Shown one piece after another: positions 20,430 to 30,400 of a DNA stretch of 64,000 nt (positions within the stretch are counted from its first letter, which is position 1; each line of letters begins with the position of its first letter). The translations under genes were made by a program, and so were the position numbers. Origin of the DNA: Candidatus Amesbacteria bacterium (GTDB lineage Bacteria > Patescibacteriota > Microgenomatia > CAZETR01 > Amesbacteraceae); contig CAVTQH010000003.1 in the NCBI GenBank assembly GCA_963736875.1, positions 129,756 to 193,755 on the forward strand, given 5' to 3'. The notes below the pieces were generated by a model. It saw only the letters and a list, made by a program, of their open reading frames with translations, was not told where the DNA came from and ran no database searches.

Positions 20430-21851
20430 ATGAACCGGGAGAAAAGGCAGCTGCCGAAAAAAAGCGAGGATTTGTCGGATTGGTACAACCGGGTGGTACT
20501 GCTGTCGGAGCTGGCTGATTACGGGCCGGCCAGGGGGACGATGATATTCCGGCCTTACGGCTATGCCATCTGGGAAAATATCCAGAAAGCGATGGACTGG
20601 GAAATCCGGTCAGCCGGGGTAGAGAATGCCTATTTTCCGATGTTAATACCGGAATCGTTTATAAAACGGGAGAAGGAACATATAGAGGGGTTTGCGCCGG
20701 AGCTGGCTGTCGTGACTATCGGTGGGGGGGAAGAGTTGAAAGAGAGACTGATTGTCCGGCCGACCTCGGAGACGATTATGTATGACGCTTATTCCAAATG
20801 GATACATTCGTGGCGGGATTTGCCTCTGGAAATTAACCAGTGGAACAATATTGTCCGCTGGGAGAAGCGGACATATCTGTTTTTACGGACTCTGGAATTT
20901 TTGTGGCAGGAAGGGCACAGTGCCCATGCCACACATGAGGAGTCTTTGGCCCGGGTGAAGTGGGCAATTGAAATGTATGCGTCCATTTACCGCGACTGGT
21001 GTGCCATGCCGGGGGTGATCGGGAGAAAATCGGAAGCGGAGAAATTTGCCGGGGCGGGGGCGACCTGGACCTATGAAATGATGATGCCCGGCGGCAAAGC
21101 TTTGCAGGCCTGCACGTCACATGATCTGGGGCAGAACTTTTCAAAGCAGTTTGACGTCAAGTTTCAGGACAAGGACGGACAAACGAAATATGTCTGGCAA
21201 AACAGCTGGGGATTTTCGACGAGATCAATAGGTGGCATGCTTCTGGCTCACGGCGACGATGCGGGGATAGTATTGCCACCTAAACTGGCTCCCATCCAGG
21301 TGATTGTCCTGCCGGTAACGTATGAGGCGGATGTTCTGGAGCACAGTTTTAAGATACTGACGGGTCTGGTCGAAGACGGATTCAGAGTTAAAGTTGATGA
21401 CCGGGAGGATGAATCGATGGGTTACCGGATCAACAAATGGGAACTTAAGGGAGTCCCCTTACGGCTTGAAATCGGCAAGAAGGAAATGGAAAGCGGAGTG
21501 TGGACGGCAGCCCGCCGGGATACCGGTGAGAAAGTAAAAGTCAAAACTTCCGGTGAAATTGAGAAGCTGTTAACCGATATCCAGGCAAATCTTCTGGCCA
21601 GGCAGGAGAAGTTTTTGGCTGAAAGTACCCGCAGAGTTGATGAATACAAGGATTTTAAGGAAATTATGGAAAGCGTGAGGGGACTTCTGGAAGCTTTCTG
21701 GTGTGAGGATCCCGGTTGTGAGGAGAAAATCAAAGAGGAAACAAAAGCGACGGTCAGGTGTCTGCCGCGGGAGGCCAGGGAGGAGAACGGGAAGTGTATC
21801 AAGTGCGGAAAGAAGGCTACCTACCGCTGGCTGTTTGGGTTGTCCTATTAA
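20430..21851 (+). CDS. proS: Proline--tRNA ligase, archaeal/eukaryote type
   Basis: RPTSET, QWNNIVRWE, EFLWQEGH, SHDLGQNF, C-terminal zinc domain; ATG 20430 follows TGATAAGAT. Confidence 0.97.
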   Translation: MNREKRQLPKKSEDLSDWYNRVVLLSELADYGPARGTMIFRPYGYAIWENIQKAMDWEIRSAGVENAYFPMLIPESFIKREKEHIEGFAPELAVVTIGGGEELKERLIVRPTSETIMYDAYSKWIHSWRDLPLEINQWNNIVRWEKRTYLFLRTLEFLWQEGHSAHATHEESLARVKWAIEMYASIYRDWCAMPGVIGRKSEAEKFAGAGATWTYEMMMPGGKALQACTSHDLGQNFSKQFDVKFQDKDGQTKYVWQNSWGFSTRSIGGMLLAHGDDAGIVLPPKLAPIQVIVLPVTYEADVLEHSFKILTGLVEDGFRVKVDDREDESMGYRINKWELKGVPLRLEIGKKEMESGVWTAARRDTGEKVKVKTSGEIEKLLTDIQANLLARQEKFLAESTRRVDEYKDFKEIMESVRGLLEAFWCEDPGCEEKIKEETKATVRCLPREAREENGKCIKCGKKATYRWLFGLSY

Positions 21852-21905
21852 TTAAGAAGGACTTTTTAATCTAGATTGGCATATTTAACGAAAATACGTT
21901 GGTTA

Positions 21906-21934
21906 TTGACAACCAAGGTATATTTTAGTAGTAT
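21906..21934 (+). promoter_or_regulatory. sigma70-type promoter of the ATPase/RloB pair
   Basis: TTGACA (21906-21911), 17 nt, TAGTAT (21929-21934). Confidence 0.55.
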
Positions 21935-21946
21935 TCTCAAAGGTTT

Positions 21947-23164
21947 ATGATTCATTCATTTTCGTGCAAGAATTTCTACTCTTTTAAGGATTTTGCAACA
22001 GTCAATTTTGTGGTAAATGATAAAGCACCGGATAACTATGGGTATTTTATGGCTAAGTCGGGGAAGCGGTTATCGAAGATTGAAACAATAATTGGGGCGA
22101 ATGCATCTGGGAAAACGAATATGTTGAGAGTGTTACCGTTTATGAAGTGGTTGATTGTGGATTCCTATGCTAGAGATCCGGCCAGTAGCATTCCGGTAAA
22201 AAGTTTTGCTTTTACCGGTGAGAAAAACAAATTATCGGAAGTGGCAGCTGATTTCGAAATTGATGGCAATATTTATAGTTATGAGTTTTGTTTGAATGAT
22301 AAGAGAATTTTATCTGAGAAACTGAGTGTAACTAATAAGTCAAGTAAAAAAGTGACTAAAAAAATGGTTTTTTGCAGGACGTGGGACAAAGCAACAAGCA
22401 ACTATGTGTGGGAAGATGCGCTTTTCCAGTTACCTAAGGGTTTTATGGATTTAGATCGTGGCAATGCCAGTGTAGTTAGTTCAGCTTTTCGGCTGGGGCA
22501 TTTAGGGAGCCAGAAGATTGTTGATGGTTGGAAAAAGGTGGAATTCAATGTGAAGGAGTTTGGTTGGATTGGGGATCTATTATCACCAGATTCCGGGCGC
22601 TATGTAATTAGCGCAGTTGATTTTTATAGTAAACCGGAAAATGCTTCCCAGAAAAAACAAGCAGATGAGATACTGGCGAGTTTCGATTTGGGTTTAAAAT
22701 CCATAGATCTTAAGAAAGAAGCTGATGAGGCAGGTAATTTTAAAATTACTGTGAGGGGAGTTCATATTTTTGATAACGGGGAAGGAAATTTGCCGTTCCA
22801 ATATGAATCAGCCGGAACAAGGCAGTTGTTTGTGCTGCTGAAGACGGTTTTGTCAGTGTTGAGCCAAGGCGGAGTGGCGGTTTTGGATGAGATGGATGCG
22901 AGTTTACATCCGGAGATAGTGCTGGCTTTAGTGAATTTGTTTTTGCAACCGGAAAAGAATCGTAATAATGCTCAGCTCATTTTTGCTACCCATGGTCACT
23001 CGATCTTGAATAGCCTGGATAAATACCAGATTATGTTGGTAGAAAAGAAGGATCACGGAGGGAGTGAGGTGTGGCGGCTAGACGATGTCTCAGGGATACG
23101 CTCTGATGAGAACTATTATTCAAAGTATATGGCCGGGGCGTATGGGGCGGTACCAAGAATCTAA
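21947..23164 (+). CDS. AAA_21/ABC-type ATPase, RloA/AbiLi-like
   Basis: Walker A GANASGKT, ESAGT signature, Walker B VLDEMDASLHP, FATH, C-terminal YMAGAYGAVP. Confidence 0.88.
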   Translation: MIHSFSCKNFYSFKDFATVNFVVNDKAPDNYGYFMAKSGKRLSKIETIIGANASGKTNMLRVLPFMKWLIVDSYARDPASSIPVKSFAFTGEKNKLSEVAADFEIDGNIYSYEFCLNDKRILSEKLSVTNKSSKKVTKKMVFCRTWDKATSNYVWEDALFQLPKGFMDLDRGNASVVSSAFRLGHLGSQKIVDGWKKVEFNVKEFGWIGDLLSPDSGRYVISAVDFYSKPENASQKKQADEILASFDLGLKSIDLKKEADEAGNFKITVRGVHIFDNGEGNLPFQYESAGTRQLFVLLKTVLSVLSQGGVAVLDEMDASLHPEIVLALVNLFLQPEKNRNNAQLIFATHGHSILNSLDKYQIMLVEKKDHGGSEVWRLDDVSGIRSDENYYSKYMAGAYGAVPRI

Positions 23165-23663
23165 TAAAATCCGTCACTATAAGAAAACGGCTTTAGTGTT
23201 TGGCGAAGGGTTAAAAGAGGCACGTTTTTTGAGATATTTAAACCGGTTGTACACGCGTGGAAATAGAGTGACTGTTTTTGTTCGGTCTGGGAGGGGTGGT
23301 ACGGCGGATCAGGTTGTGATTGACGCGGGCAGAGGATTGGCAGGTCATGATAAGAGGATAGTTGTATTGGATAACGACAAGCCGGTTTTGGAGATGAAGA
23401 AAGCTAGATCTGAAGCTGGCCGTAGGGGAATTGAGCTGATTGAAAACACCCCTTGTTTGGAGGCGGTTTTGTTATCAATTTTGGGGGTGGAAGTAAAAAG
23501 AAAGGGTTCGGGATGGTGCAAGAAGGAATTAGAGTCAAATTATATGGTTGAAGCTACAGAGGAAATGTATTTTCGGATGTTTCCCAAGAAACTATTAAAT
23601 AAACAAAAGGAGAAGTTTCTCATGTTGAGTAGGATAATCTCGATAATGGAAGGAAAGTTTTGA
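23142..23663 (+). CDS. RloB/AbiLii-like TOPRIM-fold protein
   Basis: VFGEG..E, VVLDND, NTPCLEAVLL; overlaps the ATPase 3' end. Confidence 0.75.
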   Translation: MGRYQESNKIRHYKKTALVFGEGLKEARFLRYLNRLYTRGNRVTVFVRSGRGGTADQVVIDAGRGLAGHDKRIVVLDNDKPVLEMKKARSEAGRRGIELIENTPCLEAVLLSILGVEVKRKGSGWCKKELESNYMVEATEEMYFRMFPKKLLNKQKEKFLMLSRIISIMEGKF

Positions 23664-23713
23664 GAGATACTAATAAGATATGGGGTTGGAGAGAGATAGT
23701 AGTCTAAGATATA

Positions 23714-24955
23714 ATGGCGGATATGCCGAAAAAAGAAGCGGATATTAAGTTGCCACCCGGAACAAAGGTACCGGATCATGTAGCTTTGATTTTGGACGGA
23801 AACCGCAGGTGGGCCAGAGCCCGGGGACTGCCCGCTTTTGAGGGGCACAGAGCCGGTTTTGAAGCCGGGATGAAAGTGGCCAGAGCCGCCAGAAATTTCG
23901 GGGTCCACACTTTTACCGTCTGGGGATTTTCGACGGAAAATTGGGAAAGATCGGCCGAGGAAATTGAGTGTCTGATGAAGCTTTTCCGGAAAATGGTGGA
24001 TGTTATCAGGGAGGAAGCGGTCAAGGAAAACATCCGGTTTGTGCATCTGGGAAGGAAAGACCGGTTTCCCCGGGATTTGGTTTCATATATCAGTCAGGTG
24101 GAGAAAGAAACCAGAGGCAATACCAAGCACGTTTTAAATGTGGCTCTGGATTACGGCGGGCACGACGAAATACTGCGGGCCGTAAAAAAGGTTATCAAAG
24201 ACAAAATACCCGCGGACCGGCTGGACGAGAAGATGTTTGAAAAATATCTGGATACCGGGGACCAGCCGTACCCTTATGTTGATTTGTTTATCAGAACCAG
24301 CGGGGAGCAGCGGTCTTCAGGCCTCCTGCCGTGGCAGATGCATTACGCGGAATTTTACTGGGAGCTGGATCATTTGCCGGATATGACACCGGAGAAACTG
24401 AGAGAAGCGGTGGTCGATTATTCCCGGAGAAGAAGAAGGTTCGGTGGAAATGACGCGGAGAAGCATCTGAAATTTGATCCGAAAATTGCGGCAAAATTGG
24501 AAATTGATCTGGGCAGGGAAGTGAAAGCCGGAAACGGCAAACGGTTTCGGGATCTGGTAGTAAGCTATATACGGGAGCAATACGGATTATCCAGGACATT
24601 AGCCAAAGAAGGCGGAAAAAGTCTGGCCAAAGCCCTCGTTTACCGGAAACAGGAAGACTGGGTGCAGGCCAAAGAAGCGCTTCAGGGGCTTTATGAAATT
24701 GTCAAAAAAAACCTGGGTCTGGCTTTGGAGCCGGAACTGGCAGCCCAGCTTCAGGTGAGCCTGTGGCAAAACGGGGATAACGAGGAGGATTACCGGAAAC
24801 TGTATGCCGAGACTTACCGGTTTTCGGATTTTCAGGCTTCAAAAAGCGCGCATCTGGCGTATCTGGCAAATAACGAACTGAAAAAAAACAATTTCAGGAG
24901 AGCGAGGGATTATCTGGAAAAGTTTTACGAAGCACTGAAAGAGAGAGTGGCATAG
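23714..24955 (+). CDS. uppS: Undecaprenyl diphosphate synthase with ~165-aa C-terminal extension
   Basis: HVALILDGNRRWA, FSTENWER, DLFIRTSGEQRSSG, RRRFGG, then an extra helical region. Confidence 0.92.
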   Translation: MADMPKKEADIKLPPGTKVPDHVALILDGNRRWARARGLPAFEGHRAGFEAGMKVARAARNFGVHTFTVWGFSTENWERSAEEIECLMKLFRKMVDVIREEAVKENIRFVHLGRKDRFPRDLVSYISQVEKETRGNTKHVLNVALDYGGHDEILRAVKKVIKDKIPADRLDEKMFEKYLDTGDQPYPYVDLFIRTSGEQRSSGLLPWQMHYAEFYWELDHLPDMTPEKLREAVVDYSRRRRRFGGNDAEKHLKFDPKIAAKLEIDLGREVKAGNGKRFRDLVVSYIREQYGLSRTLAKEGGKSLAKALVYRKQEDWVQAKEALQGLYEIVKKNLGLALEPELAAQLQVSLWQNGDNEEDYRKLYAETYRFSDFQASKSAHLAYLANNELKKNNFRRARDYLEKFYEALKERVA

Positions 24956-24977
24956 ACGTTTGTGGTAAGCTAAAGGT

Positions 24978-25709
24978 GTGAAGTGTCCCGGGTGTACCAA
25001 GGAGATGGCCAAAATGTCAGTTTTAGGGATGGATGAATCCTTCCGCTGCGGTAGCTGCGGCGGGGTATGGACGGTCGGTTGGGTGATAAATTCTCTGGCA
25101 GAAGGAAAAGGACTGCGGATTGAGGAAGCGAAAATCAAAGGCGGAGGCAAAAAGATGGCGGAGAAGTATCTTTGCCCGGATGACGGAAGCTCGCTTCTGA
25201 GTGGCGAGGGAGACGGATTACCGCAGGTGGTGGAGATGTGGAAGTGCGGGAAGTGCAAACACTGGTTCCTGCCCGGAAACAGTATTTTTGAACTGACCAA
25301 GGCATTTGAAGTGAAAGCGGAATACCGGCGGTTATGGAAGAGGGGCGGTCCGGCGACGGCATTTGTACTGCCGGTGGTTCTGACTGCCGTGCTGATATTG
25401 GGTTTGGGAATGATCGTGACAGCAATCCAAAACCGCCAGCAATTACAGTCAGTGGCAGCATCACCGGTTACGGGAAAAATTTCGGTGGTGTATCTGGGGG
25501 ACAACCGGGCGGAGATAAGATTTATGACCAGCGGAGAAATTGAAATTGCTTTATACAAGCGGGAGCGGGATGACCAGTGGCAGGAGGCGATGATGCTGTC
25601 CCAGGGACAGTGGAAAGCGATTATCGTGTCCGGAGTGAATTTGAGAGAGAAACTGTGGTTGTCGCTTGACGGAAGAGTCTTCAGACTGACAGTGGGACAG
25701 AAACAGTGA
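24978..25709 (+). CDS. Double zinc-ribbon (zf-TFIIB-like) single-pass membrane protein, paralog 1
   Basis: CPGC..CGSC, CPDD..CGKC-HWF, TM helix, beta-rich C-terminal domain. Confidence 0.8.
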   Translation: MKCPGCTKEMAKMSVLGMDESFRCGSCGGVWTVGWVINSLAEGKGLRIEEAKIKGGGKKMAEKYLCPDDGSSLLSGEGDGLPQVVEMWKCGKCKHWFLPGNSIFELTKAFEVKAEYRRLWKRGGPATAFVLPVVLTAVLILGLGMIVTAIQNRQQLQSVAASPVTGKISVVYLGDNRAEIRFMTSGEIEIALYKRERDDQWQEAMMLSQGQWKAIIVSGVNLREKLWLSLDGRVFRLTVGQKQ

Positions 25710-25751
25710 CGCAATTTACATTTAAATATTTAAAAATTACAATTAAACTAT

Positions 25752-26471
25752 ATGTTTTGTCCTGATTGCGGGCAGGATTTGGCGGAAGTTTCCGTGACCG
25801 GATTTGACAAGTCACGGCGCTGCGGAAACTGCGGCGGGGTGTTCATGGAAGGCTGGGTGGCCAACCGGGTAGCGGAAGGTCAGATGAAGGAGCTGCCGGA
25901 GGTAAAAACCGATATCGAGAAGTTTACGGGGAAAACCAATAAGTGTCCTGTGGACAATTCACCGCTTTTCGGCTATTCCGGGGACGATATGCCTCCCGAA
26001 GTGGTGGCCTTAAAGTGCAGTCATTGCGGCTGGTGGTGGTTTCCGATGGGCAACCTGGCTAAGTTTAAGCGGGCATATGAAGCCAAAAACAATTATCTTA
26101 AATGGTGGCGCAAAAAAAACGACGTCAGGTTGGTTGCCCTGCCGGTTCTGATGGTTCTGATACTTGCCGTGACACTGGGAATTTCGGTAGCCAATGTCAC
26201 CAGGCGCCAGTCGGTGAGCAGTTTAGCGTCCGTGGGGGCGGAGGAATTCCGGGCTACCTATCTGGGAGGAGGAGTGGAAGAAGTGAAATTCAAAACCAAT
26301 AAAACTCTGCAGTGGGTAATGGTAAAGCGGTTACAGGATGAAGAGTGGGGACCGGCGGATATAGAAGTCTTGGGTGAAGGGTGGTACCGGGTTAGACTTT
26401 CAAATATTGATGAAACCAGCGTATATCAGATGCAGATTTCGGGAGTGAGATATTACTTCAAAGCCAAATAA
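25752..26471 (+). CDS. Double zinc-ribbon single-pass membrane protein, paralog 2
   Basis: CPDC..CGNC, CPVD..CSHC-WWFP, TM; TTTACA-17-TACAAT promoter 8 nt before ATG. Confidence 0.82.
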   Translation: MFCPDCGQDLAEVSVTGFDKSRRCGNCGGVFMEGWVANRVAEGQMKELPEVKTDIEKFTGKTNKCPVDNSPLFGYSGDDMPPEVVALKCSHCGWWWFPMGNLAKFKRAYEAKNNYLKWWRKKNDVRLVALPVLMVLILAVTLGISVANVTRRQSVSSLASVGAEEFRATYLGGGVEEVKFKTNKTLQWVMVKRLQDEEWGPADIEVLGEGWYRVRLSNIDETSVYQMQISGVRYYFKAK

Positions 26472-26473
26472 TT

Positions 26474-27191
26474 GTGAAGTGTCCTGATTGCTCATACCCC
26501 GCTGACGGAGATATCGGTGGAGAGTGGATCGGTTCACCGCTGTTTTAAATGCGGAGGTTTTTGGGTGGATGCGGTGACGGTCAACCAGTTGACATCGCAG
26601 CAGCTGTCGCAGTGGCGCAGAATCAGCTCCATGAATCCGCTGATGGGTCACGGGGGGAAAGGACTTTGCCCGGCCGACCAGACAATACTAACCCGGTATG
26701 TGGGAGAGGCGATTCCGCCCAATATGGTGGTGGTCCGGTGTTCCAGATGCGGCAAGTGGTGGTTTCCCGGAGACAGCCTGTTTTCCTACAAACCGGCGAT
26801 TGAAGCCAAAATAAATTTTCTGCGCCAGTGGGGAGTGACCTCAAATGCGGTATCGCTCGTTCTGCCGGTGCTGACAATTGCAGTTCTGGCACTGGGGACT
26901 CTGACCGGGGTGGATTTGGTACGAAAAAGACAGCAGGCAAACGCGGCTGCAACAATGGGCCTTCGCGAATTGTCAGTGACTTATCAGGGGCAAGGCCGGG
27001 GGCTGGTGTTATTTAAACTTAACCAGCAGGTTGGGCAAATAGAGTACAAGAGAGCGGGTGCGTGGATGTGGAATAAAGCGGAAGTGACTGCCCGGGACGG
27101 ATATTATCTGGGGAATCTGACAGGGCTTTCGGAAGGAGCGGAATATTTTCTGAAAGTGGCGGGGAAGGAAGTCAAGTTTACGGCGAAATAA
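26474..27191 (+). CDS. Double zinc-ribbon single-pass membrane protein, paralog 3, with 1-bp frameshift near 26497
   Basis: GTG 26474 gives MKCPDCSY; removing one C from the CCCC run joins it to ORF 26517..27191 (CFKC, CPAD..CSRC-WWFP, TM). Confidence 0.75.
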
Positions 27192-27192
27192 T

Positions 27193-27396
27193 TTAAGCAG
27201 TTTTTGGAGTCATTCCCAGAAGCCAGAGGATGGCTTCTTTTTTATAGCGGCGGTCACCCCGGGAGTTGATGCGGATGGGAACCAGTTTGCCGCGCTTGCC
27301 CCAGCGTTTGATGGTGAGAGTGGAGACTCGGAGAACCTGGGCGACTTCACGGACAGTGAGAAGATCCGGCAGTGAATCGAGGTTCAGAGATGTCAT
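27193..27396 (-). CDS. Small MerR-like/excisionase-type HTH protein (BldC-like)
   Basis: 67 aa LLTVREVAQVLRVSTLTIKRWGKRGKL..IR....GDRRY; TTGACA on the minus strand at 27434-27429. Confidence 0.88.
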   Translation of the reverse strand: MTSLNLDSLPDLLTVREVAQVLRVSTLTIKRWGKRGKLVPIRINSRGDRRYKKEAILWLLGMTPKTA

Positions 27397-27454
27397 CTGA
27401 TATAGAAATTATCACTTTGATGGGGAAGTGTCAAGTATTTGCATTACTTAATGT

Positions 27455-30400
27455 TTACGGGGTTCCGGTGACCGGGGCGATGCGGACAGCTCCTTCGTTA
27501 TAGACACCGCTGACTTGCTCCTGAGTAAGAGGGTAATTCCATATCTTTACCTCGTCGATTTTGCCTGAAAAATGTTGGTCCGCGCCAAGGTTATACGACC
27601 CAATACATAAAGAAGCTACTTCATCGCTCGGGTCACTTGTTTCTGATGCAGAATAAACCTGATTTCCATTAATATAGATTCTGAAAGTATCATTTATCGT
27701 ATCGAATACACAAACCGCATGGTACCAGGTTCCGGTTATACCATTAAATGAAGTTACATCGTGGTCATGATACGTACTCCCACCGATTCCAAATCCACAG
27801 TTTAGGTCGTCGGCGTCATTTATCTCTAAAAAGTAGCCATCGGCGCTGTCGCTTTTATTGACTAGTGTATCCCAGTTTCCGCTGCCCGGCCAGGCGTTTG
27901 CGTTAAACCATGCCGCAAGAGAGAATGAGCCGGTAAATTGTTGAGGATAATCATCAAAGATTTCTACATAATCCCCGGTACCGTCAAATGTTCCGCCATT
28001 ATTTATTTTTCCGGTTGCGGTTGTCGCATCTCCGCCCCTGACACCATGCATATTGTTTCCTGAAGAGTCTTTTACCTCTTCGGATGTCCCATCCCAAGAG
28101 CTCTCATCAAGTTTCCACCAGCCTACAGGTTTTCCCCGGTTATAGTCCCAGGCGATCTGGGCCGGGGTGCGGACATAATTGTATAACCTGGCTTCGTCGA
28201 TCTTACCTTTGACGGGATAAGATGCGTCACTGAATTCAATACCTCCGCTTCTGTTTTCCATGGCAACATATGTACCGACGTTGTCATCCAGATTGTCGAC
28301 TCTGATGCCGTCAAGATATATTTTGATGCCGCCGGCAGTACCGCTGCCGTCGTAGGTGGCTTCCACATGGTGCCATTGGTTAAGGGTGAAGGTGCCGGCG
28401 TCGAATCTGCGGCCGATCCTGGCACCGGCGCTGTAATCGTATAGAAAAAATTTGAGAGTGGGGGTACTGCTGATCTGGAGAGTGTATTCATTACCTTTAT
28501 CAACCATAATTTGGGCGCTGGCGCTTTGACTGAAGTTTACCCAGACAGAGACAGAAAAGGGGGAATCAGTGGTGCCGTTGCCGAAGGTGTGAAGATCGGT
28601 GTCGGAGGCTTGGGAACGATCATCTGTACCGTTGAAGTTGCCGGCAGAGCCAAATATTCCACTGGCCCAGTGGACAGGTCCGGTACCGTAAATAGTGGTG
28701 GGATAGTTATTACCCGAGCTGTCGATGTAGGAGGTGCCGGTATTTTCATCGAACTTCCATTCTCCGACCGGGGGGTTGCAGGTGCCGGTGTCTCCGGGAG
28801 GACAATATGAGCGGGCAGCGGAGGTCATGGTGGCAGAAGAGGAGGCGGTGGAAAGAACTCCCATAGAGGCGGCAAAGCCCTGGTTATAAAGAAGTTTTAC
28901 CTGGTCGGCTGTCAGGGTGGTGTTGAAGACTTTGACTTCGTCGATCAAACCGGGAAAACCGCCGGTCAAGGGAGTGTAGCTTCTGATACCGATAGTCATG
29001 TCAGCAGTTTCACTGATGGAGCCGGTATGGGTGCCGGTGGTTTCAAGAGCACCGTTGATGTACAGATTACCCTGTGAGGAATCGGAAGTGCAAGTTACAT
29101 GGTACCACTGCCCGGTGCTGATGGTGGTGGTGGAGTTCAGATTCTGGCCGTTGTAGCCGCATCTGACGGTATCATCACTGTAGACGTTAAGAAACCAGCC
29201 GTCGGAAGCGCTGTCCTGGTTGCTGACAAGATATTCAATGGCACCACTGTCGGTATCCCTTCTGATCCAGGCAGAGACGGTGAAGTCGTTGGTTGACAGC
29301 AGGTTCCATTCACCGGTAGCAACTGCATAATCATCGGTACCGGTGGTGCTTAATTTCATGGATTTTCCGTACTTGCCGTCGTTTGACCAGGAGGGGCAGG
29401 CATCATCAGCTCCCGTGGGGCAGGTGGTGCCTGTTCCGGCCAAATTAGCACCAGGGGTAGCCGTACCGGAGTTGTTGGCCGTATCACCATAACCTTCATC
29501 AAACTTGTACCAGAAAAGGGAACTGCCTACCGGACTTCCGGGGGCCGGATGGCCGGCATTCATGTCTTCGATTATCTGGGCGGGAGTGCGGGCGTAGTTA
29601 TAGATTTTGGCATCATCCATTTGACCAACATATTCATATCCTGATCCATCCCCCCCCAAGGCAAAGGTGTAAGTGGAATCGAAGGATGTGTTTATTAAAT
29701 CAGTCTCATCGGATGATGCCAGAAGGACTCCGTCTAAGTATATTTTTCCGGTATCTGTTGTGGCTGACCGTGACAAAGTGACCGTTAAGTAATGCCATAA
29801 TCCGTTCCATGTAACTATGGAGGGAGAGTAATAATAATCTCTCTGAGTGCCGTTGCCGGTCTGAAAAGCTATTCTGGTGTTTGAATAATCCCACCACAAC
29901 CAATAACCGGGGTCCGTCGCGCCACTGGCTGCGCCTTTGTATATTATTGTCATAGGGTGCGTAGTGGATGGATTGGGTTTTACCCATAAACCCAAAGTAA
30001 AACTTCCGGTAGAAGCATCAAGTCCACCATTATTTAAAGTCCATGTTCCGCCGGGATCTGTTTTTTCACCGTGTCCTCCTGTACTTGAATAGTCCACACC
30101 TCCTCCATATTTACCAGGTTTCCATTTGTAACCGGTCAAGGTTAAGTTATTACCTTTACCGCTGGTGTCATAAGCGGTACTACCGGTGTTTTCATCAAGT
30201 TTCCATTCAGCGATCGGTCCCGGAGCCCAGTTATAGAGCTGTCGGACTTCAGAGGGGGTAAAGGCACGGTTGTACAGACGGACTTCATCCAGAGTGCCGT
30301 CGTAATAATTAGAACCAACCCGGCCGATATAAAACTGATCGGCGTTGATAGCGGTATCGGATGTGACGGTAACCAAAGACCAGGTATTGGCAGAAAGGGT

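Noticed and set aside
21851-21870. Intrinsic terminator after proS (ATTAAGAAG-GA-CTTTTTAAT)
   Set aside because: AT-rich weak stem with a 2-nt loop; insufficient support.
24839-25714. 291-aa minus-strand ORF
   Set aside because: Antisense to the zinc-ribbon gene, which is supported by two paralogs.
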